Shown piece by piece: positions 49,520-60,039 of a stretch of DNA of 64,000 nt (position 1 is the stretch's first letter; each line of letters begins with the position of its first letter). The position numbers and the translations under genes were made by a program. The stretch spans positions 4,768,001-4,832,000 of the forward strand of contig OY970192.1 of assembly GCA_963708135.1 (NCBI GenBank), in the 5' to 3' direction. Source of the DNA: an uncultured Gemmatimonadales bacterium. GTDB lineage: Bacteria > Gemmatimonadota > Gemmatimonadetes > Longimicrobiales > RSA9. The notes under the pieces are model-generated. The model worked only from the letters and a program-made list of their open reading frames with translations. It was not told where the DNA came from and searched no databases.

Positions 49520-51961
49520 ATGGGCGGGAAGCCGGGCGAGCTTTGCATTGGCGGCGTCGTGGACGCCGGGACGGGGAAGCGCACGGGCAATGCGCTCGTG
49601 GTCGACTCCGCCGACCTGACCACGCACGCGGTCATCGTCGGCATGACGGGCTCCGGCAAGACGGGCCTCGGCGTCGTGCTCCTCGAGGAGGCGCTCCGGG
49701 CCGGCGTGCCGTCCCTCGTGCTCGACCCGAAGGGGGACATGGGGAACCTGCTCCTCGAGTTCCCCGACCTGGCCCCGGCCGACTTCGCGCCGTGGGTGGA
49801 TGCCGATGCGGCGCGCCGGGAAGGCATCACTCCGGACGACCTCGCCGCCCGGACTGCGGAAACGTGGCGCGAGGGCCTCGCCGGCTGGGACCTCGGTGGC
49901 GACGACATCCGGGCGCTGAAGCAGGGCTCGGAGGCCGTCGTCTACTCGCCCGGCTCCACGATGGGGGTGCCCCTCGACCTGGTCGGCTCGCTGGCCGCAC
50001 CGGGCCTCGACTGGGACATGCAGGCGGAGACGCTCCGGGACGAGATCGAGGGCCTCGTGTCCGGCCTCATGACCCTTGCCGGTCACGACGCCGATCCTGT
50101 CTCCGATCCCGGTCACATCCTCCTCGCCACCGTCATCGAGAACGAGTGGCGGGCGGGACGGAGTCTGGACATGGCCTCGCTCATCGGGCTCGTCCAGAAC
50201 CCGCCGATCCGCAAGCTCGGCGTCTTCCCCCTGGAGCAGGTCATTCCGGAGAAGGAACGCCGCGCGCTGGCGATGAGCCTGAACTCCCTCGTCGCCTCCC
50301 CATCCTTCAGCTCCTGGATGCAGGGGCAGCCCGTGGACATCGGGGCGCTCCTGTGGACGCCCGACGGCCGTCCCCGCGCCGCCGTCGTCTACCTGGCCCA
50401 CCTCTCCGAGCCGGAGCGCCAGTTCGTCGTCACGCTCCTGCTCGGTCGCTTCGTCACCTGGATGCGGCAGCAGCCCGGCACGTCTGCGCTCCGGGCCCTC
50501 ATCTACATGGACGAGATGTTCGGGTTCGCGCCGCCCACCGCCGCGCCACCGAGCAAGAAGCCAATTCTCACGCTCTTCAAGCAGGCACGCGCCTACGGCG
50601 TCGGCTTCATCGCCGCCACGCAGAACCCGGTCGACCTCGACTACAAGGCCATGTCCAACGCCGGCACCTGGATGATCGGCCGGCTGCAGACGGAACGGGA
50701 CAAGGCGCGCATCCTGGAAGGCCTCTCGGACGCCGCCGGCGGCACCGACGCGTCCGCCATGGACACGCGCCTGAGCGGCCTGCGCAAGCGCGAGTTCGTG
50801 CTGCGCTCGACCCATGTGCCCGAGCCCGTCGTCTTCACGACCCGCTGGGCGATGGCGTACCTGCGGGGGACGCTGACACGCGAGGAGATCATCCGACTGA
50901 GGAAGGAGCGGGAGGCGAGGGTCGGAGCGCCCGGGGCGACGTCGCCCGCGGGATCACCGGCTGGATCCACCTCCGGCGCGGCCGGGGCCGCCGCCGCATC
51001 GATCTCGCACAACGAATCCGCGCCGACCGCGCCGAGCGCGGACGAGAGCGTGGTCGCCCCGCCCGTCGCCTCGTCCGTGCCGGTCCGCTACCTCGACCCC
51101 TCCGCCTCGTGGAGCGACGACGTGGGCGCCGTTCCCGGCTCCGTCCGCCTGGGGGCCGCGCTCGTCGCCCGGGTGGGGCTCCTGTTCGACGACGCCAAGG
51201 CCGGGATCGAGCACCGCGAGGAATGGGAAGCCGTCTATTTCCCGTTGCCGGAGCGATTCGACCCGGCGGCCGGGATCGCCGTCGATTACGACGACCGCGA
51301 CCTGCGTCCCGAGCCGCCGGACGGGGCGCGCTACGTCCTGCCCCGGGCGCCGGTGGGCGACGCCGCCTACTTCCGGGACGCCCAGCGGGCCATCATCGAC
51401 TGGCTCGTGCGGGAGCGGACCGTCGAGGTGCAGGCAAACCGGGAGCTCGGCCTCTATTCCCGCGTGGGCGAGTCGGCCGACGATTTCCGCGCCCGCTGCG
51501 CGGCCGCTGCCTCCACGAAGGCGGACGAGGAGACGGCGAAGCTGAAGGAGCGCTACGCGTCCAGGATCGACCGGGTGAAGGACGTGCTCGCCCGCGCCGA
51601 GGACCGGCTCCGGGAGGTGCAGGTCGATGCCAGCTCCCGCAAGCAGCAGGAGCTGATCGCCGGCGCGGGGCAGGTCCTCTCCATGTTCCTGCGCGGCCGG
51701 AGCAGCGCCCGGTCCCTGTCCGGGTTCGCGTCGCGGCGGTCCATGACGCGGCGCACCGAGGAGCGCATGCAGACCGCGGAAGGCCGCGTCGCGGAGGAGC
51801 AGGCCGAGCTGGCGGACCTCGAGAAGGAGCTCGGCGACGAGGTGCAGGCGATCGTCGGCAGGTGGGAGGACGCCGCGTCGAAGGCCGAGACCGTGAAGAT
51901 CCCGCTGGAGAAGTCCGACGTCTCCGTGGAGCAGGTCGGACTGGTGTGGATCGGATGTTGA
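49520..51961 (+). CDS. HerA-like (DUF87/DUF853) ATPase with C-terminal coiled coil
   Basis: THAVIVGMTGSGKT, LDPKGD, YMDEMFG, ATQNPVDLDYK. Confidence 0.85.
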   Translation: MGGKPGELCIGGVVDAGTGKRTGNALVVDSADLTTHAVIVGMTGSGKTGLGVVLLEEALRAGVPSLVLDPKGDMGNLLLEFPDLAPADFAPWVDADAARREGITPDDLAARTAETWREGLAGWDLGGDDIRALKQGSEAVVYSPGSTMGVPLDLVGSLAAPGLDWDMQAETLRDEIEGLVSGLMTLAGHDADPVSDPGHILLATVIENEWRAGRSLDMASLIGLVQNPPIRKLGVFPLEQVIPEKERRALAMSLNSLVASPSFSSWMQGQPVDIGALLWTPDGRPRAAVVYLAHLSEPERQFVVTLLLGRFVTWMRQQPGTSALRALIYMDEMFGFAPPTAAPPSKKPILTLFKQARAYGVGFIAATQNPVDLDYKAMSNAGTWMIGRLQTERDKARILEGLSDAAGGTDASAMDTRLSGLRKREFVLRSTHVPEPVVFTTRWAMAYLRGTLTREEIIRLRKEREARVGAPGATSPAGSPAGSTSGAAGAAAASISHNESAPTAPSADESVVAPPVASSVPVRYLDPSASWSDDVGAVPGSVRLGAALVARVGLLFDDAKAGIEHREEWEAVYFPLPERFDPAAGIAVDYDDRDLRPEPPDGARYVLPRAPVGDAAYFRDAQRAIIDWLVRERTVEVQANRELGLYSRVGESADDFRARCAAAASTKADEETAKLKERYASRIDRVKDVLARAEDRLREVQVDASSRKQQELIAGAGQVLSMFLRGRSSARSLSGFASRRSMTRRTEERMQTAEGRVAEEQAELADLEKELGDEVQAIVGRWEDAASKAETVKIPLEKSDVSVEQVGLVWIGC

Positions 51962-52007
51962 GCTGCCGCAACGCCACGGCGGGCGAGTTGTTCTCCCTGG
52001 CGGGCCG

Positions 52008-53888
52008 CTAGTCCCCCGCGCTCCGGTCCCGCGCCTCGGCCGCCGCCTCGACGCGGCGCCTCCAGCGCGCGTAGCGGAGGGCCAGGACCGCCGAGCCAAC
52101 CAGGGCCGCCACCCCGGATGCCGCCAGCACGCTCAGCTTGGCCAGGGCCAGGGTGGCGCGGTCGGTGAAGCTGAGGTCGGCAATGAAGAACGCCATGGTG
52201 AAGCCGATGCCGCAGAGGGCGCCCGCGCCGGCCACCTGCGTCCAGGCAACATCGTCCGGCCGCGCGGCCACGCCCAGCCGGGTGGCGATCCATGCTCCCG
52301 CGGTGATGCCGAGCGGCTTCCCCAGGAGAAGGCCCAGGGCGATGCCCAGGCTCACCGGCTGGAGGAGGTCCCGGGCGTGCGCCTCCAGCGCGATGCCGGA
52401 GTTGGCGAAGGCGAACAGGGGGAGCACCACGTACGCAGACCACGGCTGCAGGGTGCGGGCGAGACGCTGGGCCGGCGACAACAGCCGGTCCACCATGGTC
52501 TCCAGCGCTCCCACGGCGGCGTGGTAGCTCCCGGCGGTCACTTCGCCCACCGGCGGCGCCTCGACACTCTGCAGGAGCGACTCGGTCTGCCGGAGGAGCG
52601 CGGCCGGGCTCGGCGGCCCCCGGGTGGGAATGGCGAACGCCAGGAGCACGCCGGCCAGCGTCGGGTGCACCCCGGCATCCAGCACCGCCAGCCACAGGAG
52701 GATCCCGATCACCACGTAGGGGAGCGCCGCGTACACCCTCCCCCGGTTCAGCGCGAGCGCCAGCAGCCAGAGCAGGAGGGCCGCGCCCAGGCTCGGGAAG
52801 GCGATGTGCTGCGTGTAGAAGAGGGCGATCACGGCGATGGAGCCCATGTCGTCGGCGATGGCGGCAGCCGCCACGAACACGCGCAGGGAGAGGGGCACCC
52901 GCGGCCCCAGCAGGGCGAGCAGCCCGAGGGCGAAAGCGGTGTCCGTACCCATGGGCACGCCCCAGCCGTGGGCCGCGCCGCCGCCGGCATTGAACGCCAG
53001 GTAGATGAGGGCAGGGGCGGTCATGCCGCCCAGCGCGGCGGCGATGGGCAGGGCGGCCTTTCGGCGCGTCGTGAGGGCGCCCACCGTGACCTCGCGTCGG
53101 ATCTCCAGGGAGACCACGAGGAAGAAGATCACGACGAGACCGTCGTTGACCCACGCCTTCAATGGCATGGCCAGGACGTGGCCCCCCACGCCCAGCGCGA
53201 GGGGGGTCACCCAGAGCCGGTGGTAGGCGCCGCGCCACGGCGAGTTGGCCCAGACGAGCGCCGCCACCACCCCCAGGAGCATCAGGATCCCGCTGGACAT
53301 GGACAGCCCCGCGAACTGCTCGGCCAGCAGGCGCAGCCGCCAGCCCAGGGGCTTGCGGATGGTGTTGACCAGGGACTCCTCGTCCCAGGGCCCGTCGTAG
53401 CGGCGTCCGTCCACATAGAAGGTGGGGGTCGCGCGGGCGCCGCTCGCCTGAGCGCTCGCCAGATCCTCCTCCACGCGCGGGGCGTAGCGGTCGTCGTCCA
53501 GCTCCCGGGCAAAGCGCTCCACGTCCAGCCCCAGCTCGGCGGCGATGCGCACCAGCGCCTCCCGGTCCAGCACCTCCCGGCTGGTGAAGAGCCGGTCGTG
53601 CATCTCCCAGAAGCGGCCCTGGGCCGCCGCGCACTCCGACGCTTCGGCGGCGAGGCGGGCGTGCGGGTGGATGTTGCGGTTGGGAAGGTGGCGGAAGACG
53701 TAGCGCACCTGGCCCGGCATGCGCTCGTCGCGCAGCCGGATCACCCCCTCGTGGGCGCCGCGGCAGTGGGGGCACTCGAAGTCGCCGAACTCGACCAGCG
53801 TGACGGCCCCGTCCCGGGCTCCCGAGACGTGGTCCCGCTGCGGGTCCACGGGAGGCCGGAGGTGGGGCGTGGCGACCCTGGCGGGCAT
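52008..53888 (-). CDS. nhaA: Na+/H+ antiporter NhaA with N-terminal DsbA/thioredoxin domain
   Basis: FGDFECPHC thioredoxin motif, then WVNDGL, MGTDTAF, AIADD, GKPLG and LCGIGFTM. Confidence 0.9.
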   Translation of the reverse strand: MPARVATPHLRPPVDPQRDHVSGARDGAVTLVEFGDFECPHCRGAHEGVIRLRDERMPGQVRYVFRHLPNRNIHPHARLAAEASECAAAQGRFWEMHDRLFTSREVLDREALVRIAAELGLDVERFARELDDDRYAPRVEEDLASAQASGARATPTFYVDGRRYDGPWDEESLVNTIRKPLGWRLRLLAEQFAGLSMSSGILMLLGVVAALVWANSPWRGAYHRLWVTPLALGVGGHVLAMPLKAWVNDGLVVIFFLVVSLEIRREVTVGALTTRRKAALPIAAALGGMTAPALIYLAFNAGGGAAHGWGVPMGTDTAFALGLLALLGPRVPLSLRVFVAAAAIADDMGSIAVIALFYTQHIAFPSLGAALLLWLLALALNRGRVYAALPYVVIGILLWLAVLDAGVHPTLAGVLLAFAIPTRGPPSPAALLRQTESLLQSVEAPPVGEVTAGSYHAAVGALETMVDRLLSPAQRLARTLQPWSAYVVLPLFAFANSGIALEAHARDLLQPVSLGIALGLLLGKPLGITAGAWIATRLGVAARPDDVAWTQVAGAGALCGIGFTMAFFIADLSFTDRATLALAKLSVLAASGVAALVGSAVLALRYARWRRRVEAAAEARDRSAGD

Positions 53889-54348
53889 GGCGGAGAGGAG
53901 CTCCGGCGCGGCGGCTCAGGTGGACGGCGCCCGGCCGGAGGCCGGGGGATGCCGCTCGAGGTCCGCCCGGGGCCAGTGGCCCGGGTCCGCGGCCACTGCC
54001 CTTGTGCGCTCCGCGAACGCCAGCACCTGGGCGTCGGGGTCGTCGGCGGGGAGGGCCGGCCAGGGCTGCATGTTGCCGGCCGGCCTGGCCGCATCCCGCG
54101 CTTCGCTGCTGCTCATCGACATCGTCCGAGCCAGGGAAGTCTGGCAGAACAGGTATCATCGTCGCCTCCGCTCGTCGCGACAAGGTGCGGGTCGCTCAAC
54201 GCGCGTCCCCTCATCGCGGGCGCGGCGCGGCGCGCTCCCGCCCCTGCCGGGGGTCGAAACGCCGCCGTCGCACCGGTGTACGCATGCACGGCCGGCGAGA
54301 CATCTCGATTCCTCGCACGCCCGCGCTTCCCCTCAACCCGCGCACACC

Positions 54349-55389
54349 ATGTACTCCACCTGCGTGTTCTGCAACAAGCCGCTGGGCGCGAACGAGAGCC
54401 TCGAGGCCTTCCCGGTCGGCCGCCGCATCGCGTTCGACGCGGCGAAGGGGCGGCTGTGGGTGGTGTGCAGGCAGTGCGAGCGGTGGAACCTCTCGCCGCT
54501 GGAGGAGCGCTGGGAGACCATCGAGGAGGCCGAGCGGCTGTATCACGACACGCGACGTCGCGTCGCGACGGAGCACGTCGGGCTCGCCCGCCTGCGCGAC
54601 GGCACCGACCTGGTCCGCATCGGCGCTCCGCTGCGCCCGGAGTTCGCCGCGTGGCGCTACGGCGACCAGTTCGGGCGGCGGCGGAAGCGCCAACTGCTCG
54701 TCGCGGGCGCGGGCGTGGGCGCCGTGGGCGCAGTGGTGATCGGCGGCGCCGTGGCCGGCGTCGGAATGGGTGCCTTCGGCTTCGGGATCTGGAAGCTCGC
54801 GGAGGGCGCGATCCACGGGCTCGGCGACACCGTCGTGGCGCGCGTGAAGACCGAGGACGGAACGCTGCTGCGGGTGCGGCGTCGCCATCTCGCGGAGACG
54901 CGGCTCATGCGCGGCCAGGACGGACCGCTCGCGATGGACCTGCGGTTCGCCGGCGGCGCGACGCACCTCGACGGAGCCGAGGCGATGCGCGTCGCCTCGC
55001 TCATCGTGCCGAAGGTCAACCGCTTCGGCGGCGCGCAGCGGATCGTCGGGCAGGCAGTGGCGACCATCGAGGAGGGCGGCAGCGCGGAGGCGTTCCTCGA
55101 TCGGTTCTCTCAGGTCGCCCACATCCGGACCGAGCCAGCCCGGATCCGCAAGGGCCGAAGCAACTGGGACAACAAAATCAGAAAGCACGGCCTCTTCGGC
55201 CTTCAGCCGGTCGAACGCCTGGCGCTCGAGATGGCGCTGCACGAGGATGCCGAGCGCGAGGCGCTGACGGGAGAGCTCGAGGCGCTCGAGCAGGCATGGC
55301 GGGACGCCGAGCAGATCGCCGCCATCTCGGACGACCTGCTGCTGCCACGCTCGGTGATCGAGCGGATCCGCCGCTGGCGGGGGATGTGA
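54349..55389 (+). CDS. Hypothetical protein with N-terminal Zn-ribbon (CxxC...CxxC)
   Basis: MYSTCVFC...VVCRQCERWNL, a central TM segment and C-terminal EIAAI-like helix. Confidence 0.75.
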   Translation: MYSTCVFCNKPLGANESLEAFPVGRRIAFDAAKGRLWVVCRQCERWNLSPLEERWETIEEAERLYHDTRRRVATEHVGLARLRDGTDLVRIGAPLRPEFAAWRYGDQFGRRRKRQLLVAGAGVGAVGAVVIGGAVAGVGMGAFGFGIWKLAEGAIHGLGDTVVARVKTEDGTLLRVRRRHLAETRLMRGQDGPLAMDLRFAGGATHLDGAEAMRVASLIVPKVNRFGGAQRIVGQAVATIEEGGSAEAFLDRFSQVAHIRTEPARIRKGRSNWDNKIRKHGLFGLQPVERLALEMALHEDAEREALTGELEALEQAWRDAEQIAAISDDLLLPRSVIERIRRWRGM

Positions 55390-55834
55390 GGGGGCAGGGT
55401 GATGCGATCCTCCCGGGGCCACAGATAGACCACCCGCCACCACTCACGTGGGTTTCGCCGCCCAGCGGCGGCTCGAAACCCGTGTGCGGGTGCGTGTGCG
55501 AAGGTTCGTGCCCGGCACCTGCGATCAGGAGCATGGCCAGGCCCAGGATCCGGACGGCGGCGTCCGTTGCCACCACTCCAGCCGACAGGCCCGCGCCCCG
55601 CGCCAGCATCGCCACTGCCCCTGCCAGCCGTGCTCCTCCGACCAGGAGCAGGAGCACCGCCGAGACCGGCCGGAGCCACCGACCTCTCTCCTCGTCCGTC
55701 ACCGCCCCTCCTGCGCGCACGTCAGCAGATGGTCTCGCCCTTCCGCAGCATGGCGAACCCCGCCTCGATCAGCCGGAGCGCCGCCTCCCGGCTTCGCCGC
55801 GACCACCTGCTGCGCGCGGTCCGCGTCCGAGGCT

Positions 55835-55864
55835 ATTGACCAAGTGGTTAATGAAGCGTATATT
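55835..55864 (+). promoter_or_regulatory. Sigma70-like promoter overlapped by a palindromic operator
   Basis: TTGACC (55836)-N17-TATATT (55859). Palindrome ATTGACCA-ag-TGGTTAAT (55835-55852) in an AT-rich patch. Confidence 0.55.
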
Positions 55865-56158
55865 ATGTGATCATCTGGTCTTTAGACGGGGCTAACGCCG
55901 GTCCTCGCGTCACTTCGACGCCGCAGGGCCAGGCGTTTTTCTGTTGCAGGAGATCATAATGCAGAGTGTGCAGAAGTGTTGTACTCGCGGCGAGCGAGCC
56001 ATTTTCTCGGCCTGGAATTCATTTCAGTCGTCCGGGCGGTCCAGGTGAGCGGCCGCGTCCGCCGGCGCAGTGACGCCGGGGCGGCACAACACCCCCGCCG
56101 GAGCCGAGTCCCGGCGCATGAGGGCGCTGGCTCATCCAAGAGAACTGGAGAGATCACC

Positions 56159-56824
56159 ATGAAGCGATCCACGAAGGCGCTGCTTGCGCTGCTGGCCCTG
56201 CTGCCGCTGTCGGCGGGGTGCGCAACGCTGAGCCGTAAAGAGAAGGGCGCGATCATCGGGGCGGGGGCGGGCGCGGGGGCCGGCGCCGTGGTCGGGAAGC
56301 TGACCGGCTCGACGACGCGGGGTGCCATCATCGGCGCCATCGTCGGCGGCGCGGCGGGGGCGATCATCGGCCACCAGATGGACCAGCAGGCCAAGGAGCT
56401 CGCGTACGACATGCCCGGTGCGACGGTGCAGCGCGTGGGCGAGGGCATCGCGGTGACGTTTCCCGATGGGCTGCTCTTCGCGTATGACTCGGACGTGATC
56501 CTTGGCGGCGCGAGGGCGGACCTGGACCGGTTCGCCGCCAGCATGTCCAAGTATCCGGGTACGCGGGCGATGATCGTGGGGTATACGGACGCGACCGGCG
56601 CCGCCGACTACAACCAGGGGCTGTCGGAGCGGCGGGCGCAGTCTGCGGCGTCGGTGCTCACCGGGCAGGGCATCGATGCAGCCCGCCTGGGCACGGTTGG
56701 CCGTGGAGAGAGCGAACCGATCGGCGACAATCTGACCGACGCGGGCCGCCAGCAGAACCGGCGCGTCGAGGTGGCGATCTACGCCGACGAGGCGTTCCGC
56801 CGCCAGGCGAAGACGGGCAGCTAG
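56159..56824 (+). CDS. OmpA-family lipoprotein with glycine zipper
   Basis: Lipobox SAGC, GAIIGA repeats, GYTD...YNQGLSERRA and NRRVEV. Confidence 0.92.
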   Translation: MKRSTKALLALLALLPLSAGCATLSRKEKGAIIGAGAGAGAGAVVGKLTGSTTRGAIIGAIVGGAAGAIIGHQMDQQAKELAYDMPGATVQRVGEGIAVTFPDGLLFAYDSDVILGGARADLDRFAASMSKYPGTRAMIVGYTDATGAADYNQGLSERRAQSAASVLTGQGIDAARLGTVGRGESEPIGDNLTDAGRQQNRRVEVAIYADEAFRRQAKTGS

Positions 56825-56873
56825 ACGGCGGCGACCGGCCGCGCTCCCACGGGGTGCGCGGCCGGTCGATCGC

Positions 56874-59414
56874 ATGACGAGAGGCAGAGGATACGTGGCC
56901 ACGGCCCACCGGCGCGTCAGCGACGCGTCCCCGATCACGAAGAATGACCCCCTGCGCGCGGAGACTCTGCTGAAAGCCGGGGCCCTGCAGCGCGCGATCT
57001 TCAACAGCGCCAACTTCTCGAGCATTGCCACCGACGCGAAGGGCGTCATCCAGATCTTCAACGTGGGCGCCGAGCAGATGCTGGGCTACGCCGCCGCGGA
57101 GGTGGTGAACCGGATCACGCCCGCGGAGATCTCCGATCTCGCTGAGCTGATCGCCCGCGCCCGGGCACTGAGCGCGGAGCTGAGCACGCCCATCACGCCC
57201 GGCTTCGAGGCGCTGGTGTTCAAGGCCTCGCGCGGAATCGAAGACATCTACGAGCTCACCTACATCCGCAAGGACGGGACGCGGTTCCCCGCCGTGGTCT
57301 CCGTTACGGCGCTGCGCGACGCGGAGGAGTCGATCATCGGCTACCTGCTGATCGGCACCGACAACACCGCGCGCAAGCAGGTCGAGGAGGAGCGGATGAA
57401 GCTCGACCAGCGCCTGCGCGACCAGCATTTCTACACGCGCTCGCTGATCGAGTCCAACATCGACCCCATGATGAGCATCGATCCGCGCGGCATCATCATC
57501 GACGTCAACAAGGAGACGGAGGGTCTGACCGGCTGCACGCGAGACGAGCTGATCGGCTCGCCCTTCAAGAACTACTTCACCGATCCGGATCGCGCCGATG
57601 CCGGCATCGAGTGCGTGCTGGCCGAAGGCCGAGTCTTCGACTACGAGCTGACGGCGCGCGCCCGCGACGGGACGCTCACGGAGGTCTCCTACAACGCCAC
57701 CACGTTCTTCGACCGTGACCGGGTGCTGCAGGGCGTGTTCGCCACGGCCCGCGATATGACCGACCTGAAGCGGTTCGAGCGGACGCTGCAGCAGAAGAAC
57801 GTCGAGCTGGAAGAGGCCAGTCGCATGAAGTCGGAGTTCCTCGCCAACATGTCGCACGAGCTGAGGACACCGCTCAACGCCATCATCGGGTTTTCCGAGA
57901 TTCTCCAGGATGGCCTGGTCGGCGTCATGACCGATCAGCAGCGCAAGTACACCGGCAATATCTTCAGCAGCGGCAAACACCTTCTCTCCCTCATCAACGA
58001 CATTCTCGACCTCTCCAAGGTGGAAGCCGGCAAGATGACGCTGGAGCTGGAGGCGGTGCCCGTCACCTCAGTGCTCGCCAACAGCATGTCCATCATCCGG
58101 GAGAAGGCGTTTACGAGCCATGTCGAGCTCGACCTGGAGGTCCCGGAGGAGCTGGGTCTCATCCAGGCCGACGCGCGGATGCTCCGGCAGATCCTCTACA
58201 ACCTGCTCTCGAACGCGGTCAAATTCGCTGACGAAGGCGGACGGGTGACGCTACGGGCCATCCGGGCGAAGCGTGCCGACGTCGGCAGGCTTCCGGGTCC
58301 CTGGCAGGGGGTCAGCTTCCCCCTGCCCGACAATGACTTCCAGGAATTCCTCCAGATCGGCGTCACCGACACCGGCATCGGCGTGGCCGAGGCCGACCGC
58401 GACCGGCTCTTCCAGCCGTTCAGCCAGATCGACAGCGGCCTGGCCCGCAAATTCGAGGGCACCGGTCTCGGGCTGGCGATGGTGAAGCTCCTGGCGGAGC
58501 TGCACGGCGGCACCGTGGCCATGGCCAGCGCCGTCGGCGAGGGCTCCTGCTTCACGGTGTGGCTGCCGCTGCGGCCGGCGCTGGAAGAAGGAGCGAGCGG
58601 CTCGCCCGCAGCAGCCGCGCCCATCGTCGCCGGACCCCTCGCTGAGCTACCCGCCGGCGGCCGCACGGCCCTGGTGGTGGAGGACGATGTCAGATCCGCG
58701 GAGCTGATCCGGGTCCAGCTCGAGGCGGAGGGCTTTACCGTCCTGGTCGCTGGCTCCGGCGACGAAGCACTCCGGCTGGCCTCGCGCCAGCCGCTGACGC
58801 TCATCACGCTCGACGTCATGCTGCCGGACATGGACGGCTGGGAGTTCCTCTCGCTCATCAAGCAGATCCCGGAGCTGCAGCGCATCCCCGTCGTCATCGT
58901 CTCCATCGTGGCGGACGCCACTCGCGGTTTTTCGCTGGGCGCGGCGGCCGTCATGCAGAAGCCGATCTCGCGTCAGGATCTGTGCGACTCCCTGGCGGAC
59001 GTCGGCCTGTTCCCCATGGCGCAGGAGAAGATCCTGAAGGTCCTCCTGGTGGATGACGACCGCGACGCCGTGGAGCTGCTGGCGCTGGGCATGGAGGGCG
59101 TCGCCAGTACCGTCCTGCGCGCCTATGGCGGTCGCGAGGCCATCGAGGCCGCGCTGCGGGAGCTGCCCGACGTCATCGTGCTCGACCTCATGATGCCGGA
59201 TATGAACGGCTTCGACGTCGTGACGGCGCTCGTCGCGCACCCCGAAACCGCCCGCATTCCGATCCTGGTGGTCACCTCCAGGAAGATCACCGCCGACGAC
59301 CGGACGAGGCTGAACGGCTTCGTGAGCGCCATCGTGCGCAAGGGCGATTTCAGCCCCAGCCGCATCCGCGAAGAAGTCCGGCGCGCCATGGCGGGCCGCC
59401 GGAAGGCGGCCTGA
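56874..59414 (+). CDS. Hybrid sensor histidine kinase (PAS-PAS-HisKA-HATPase-REC-REC)
   Basis: FLANMSHELRTPL, NLLSNAVKF, DTGIG, GTGLGL, and two receiver domains. Confidence 0.92.
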   Translation: MTRGRGYVATAHRRVSDASPITKNDPLRAETLLKAGALQRAIFNSANFSSIATDAKGVIQIFNVGAEQMLGYAAAEVVNRITPAEISDLAELIARARALSAELSTPITPGFEALVFKASRGIEDIYELTYIRKDGTRFPAVVSVTALRDAEESIIGYLLIGTDNTARKQVEEERMKLDQRLRDQHFYTRSLIESNIDPMMSIDPRGIIIDVNKETEGLTGCTRDELIGSPFKNYFTDPDRADAGIECVLAEGRVFDYELTARARDGTLTEVSYNATTFFDRDRVLQGVFATARDMTDLKRFERTLQQKNVELEEASRMKSEFLANMSHELRTPLNAIIGFSEILQDGLVGVMTDQQRKYTGNIFSSGKHLLSLINDILDLSKVEAGKMTLELEAVPVTSVLANSMSIIREKAFTSHVELDLEVPEELGLIQADARMLRQILYNLLSNAVKFADEGGRVTLRAIRAKRADVGRLPGPWQGVSFPLPDNDFQEFLQIGVTDTGIGVAEADRDRLFQPFSQIDSGLARKFEGTGLGLAMVKLLAELHGGTVAMASAVGEGSCFTVWLPLRPALEEGASGSPAAAAPIVAGPLAELPAGGRTALVVEDDVRSAELIRVQLEAEGFTVLVAGSGDEALRLASRQPLTLITLDVMLPDMDGWEFLSLIKQIPELQRIPVVIVSIVADATRGFSLGAAAVMQKPISRQDLCDSLADVGLFPMAQEKILKVLLVDDDRDAVELLALGMEGVASTVLRAYGGREAIEAALRELPDVIVLDLMMPDMNGFDVVTALVAHPETARIPILVVTSRKITADDRTRLNGFVSAIVRKGDFSPSRIREEVRRAMAGRRKAA

Positions 59415-59791
59415 TGGCCAGAGTCCTGATCATCGAAGACAACCCGAGCAACATGACGTTGGCCACGTTCCTGCTCGAGTCCGTCGGGCACTCGGTCCTC
59501 GGCGCCACCGACGCCGAGGCCGGGATGCTCCTGGCGCACGAGGAGCTGCCCGCCCTGATCCTCATGGACATCCAGCTCCCCGGCATGGACGGCCTGCAGG
59601 CGACGTCGTTGCTCAAGCACGACCGCGCCACCCGTGCGATCCCCGTGATCGCCCTGACCGCGCTCGCCATGAAAGGCGACGAGGAGCGCATCCGTGCCGC
59701 CGGGTGCGATGACTACATCGCCAAGCCCTGGCGCTATCCCGCGTTCCTCGCCGCCGTCGCGGGCCAGCTCGAGCGCACTCCGGTCACCTAG
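59414..59791 (+). CDS. Single-domain response regulator (DivK-like)
   Basis: IIEDN, LMDIQLPGMDG, ALTA, YIAKP. Confidence 0.9.
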   Translation: MARVLIIEDNPSNMTLATFLLESVGHSVLGATDAEAGMLLAHEELPALILMDIQLPGMDGLQATSLLKHDRATRAIPVIALTALAMKGDEERIRAAGCDDYIAKPWRYPAFLAAVAGQLERTPVT

Positions 59792-60039
59792 GTCCGCCCG
59801 GGAGGCGAGGTTCGGGGATTCGCGAACGTCCGCAGGCCGACAGCGTCCGTTGCGCGTTCCCGACGCGCGCGGACCGATGTATGCGGTGTGCGATCGACGA
59901 CCCTGTCCCACCCGACCTTGCCCGGCTCGCGCTGTGTCCGCGCTGCACCGACGCAGCTTCGCGTCCGGGACGGGTGCGACCCCGATCGGACGAGCCGCGC
60001 ATGACTCCGTCGGACGACGTCGTCTTTCTCCTTGACTGT

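Noticed and set aside
49520..51961. Second HerA-like ATPase as part of the defence system
   Set aside because: Different subfamily, 40 kb away, among housekeeping-type genes, with no nuclease partner.
53916..54122. Small ORF upstream of nhaA
   Set aside because: No recognisable motif and insufficient support.
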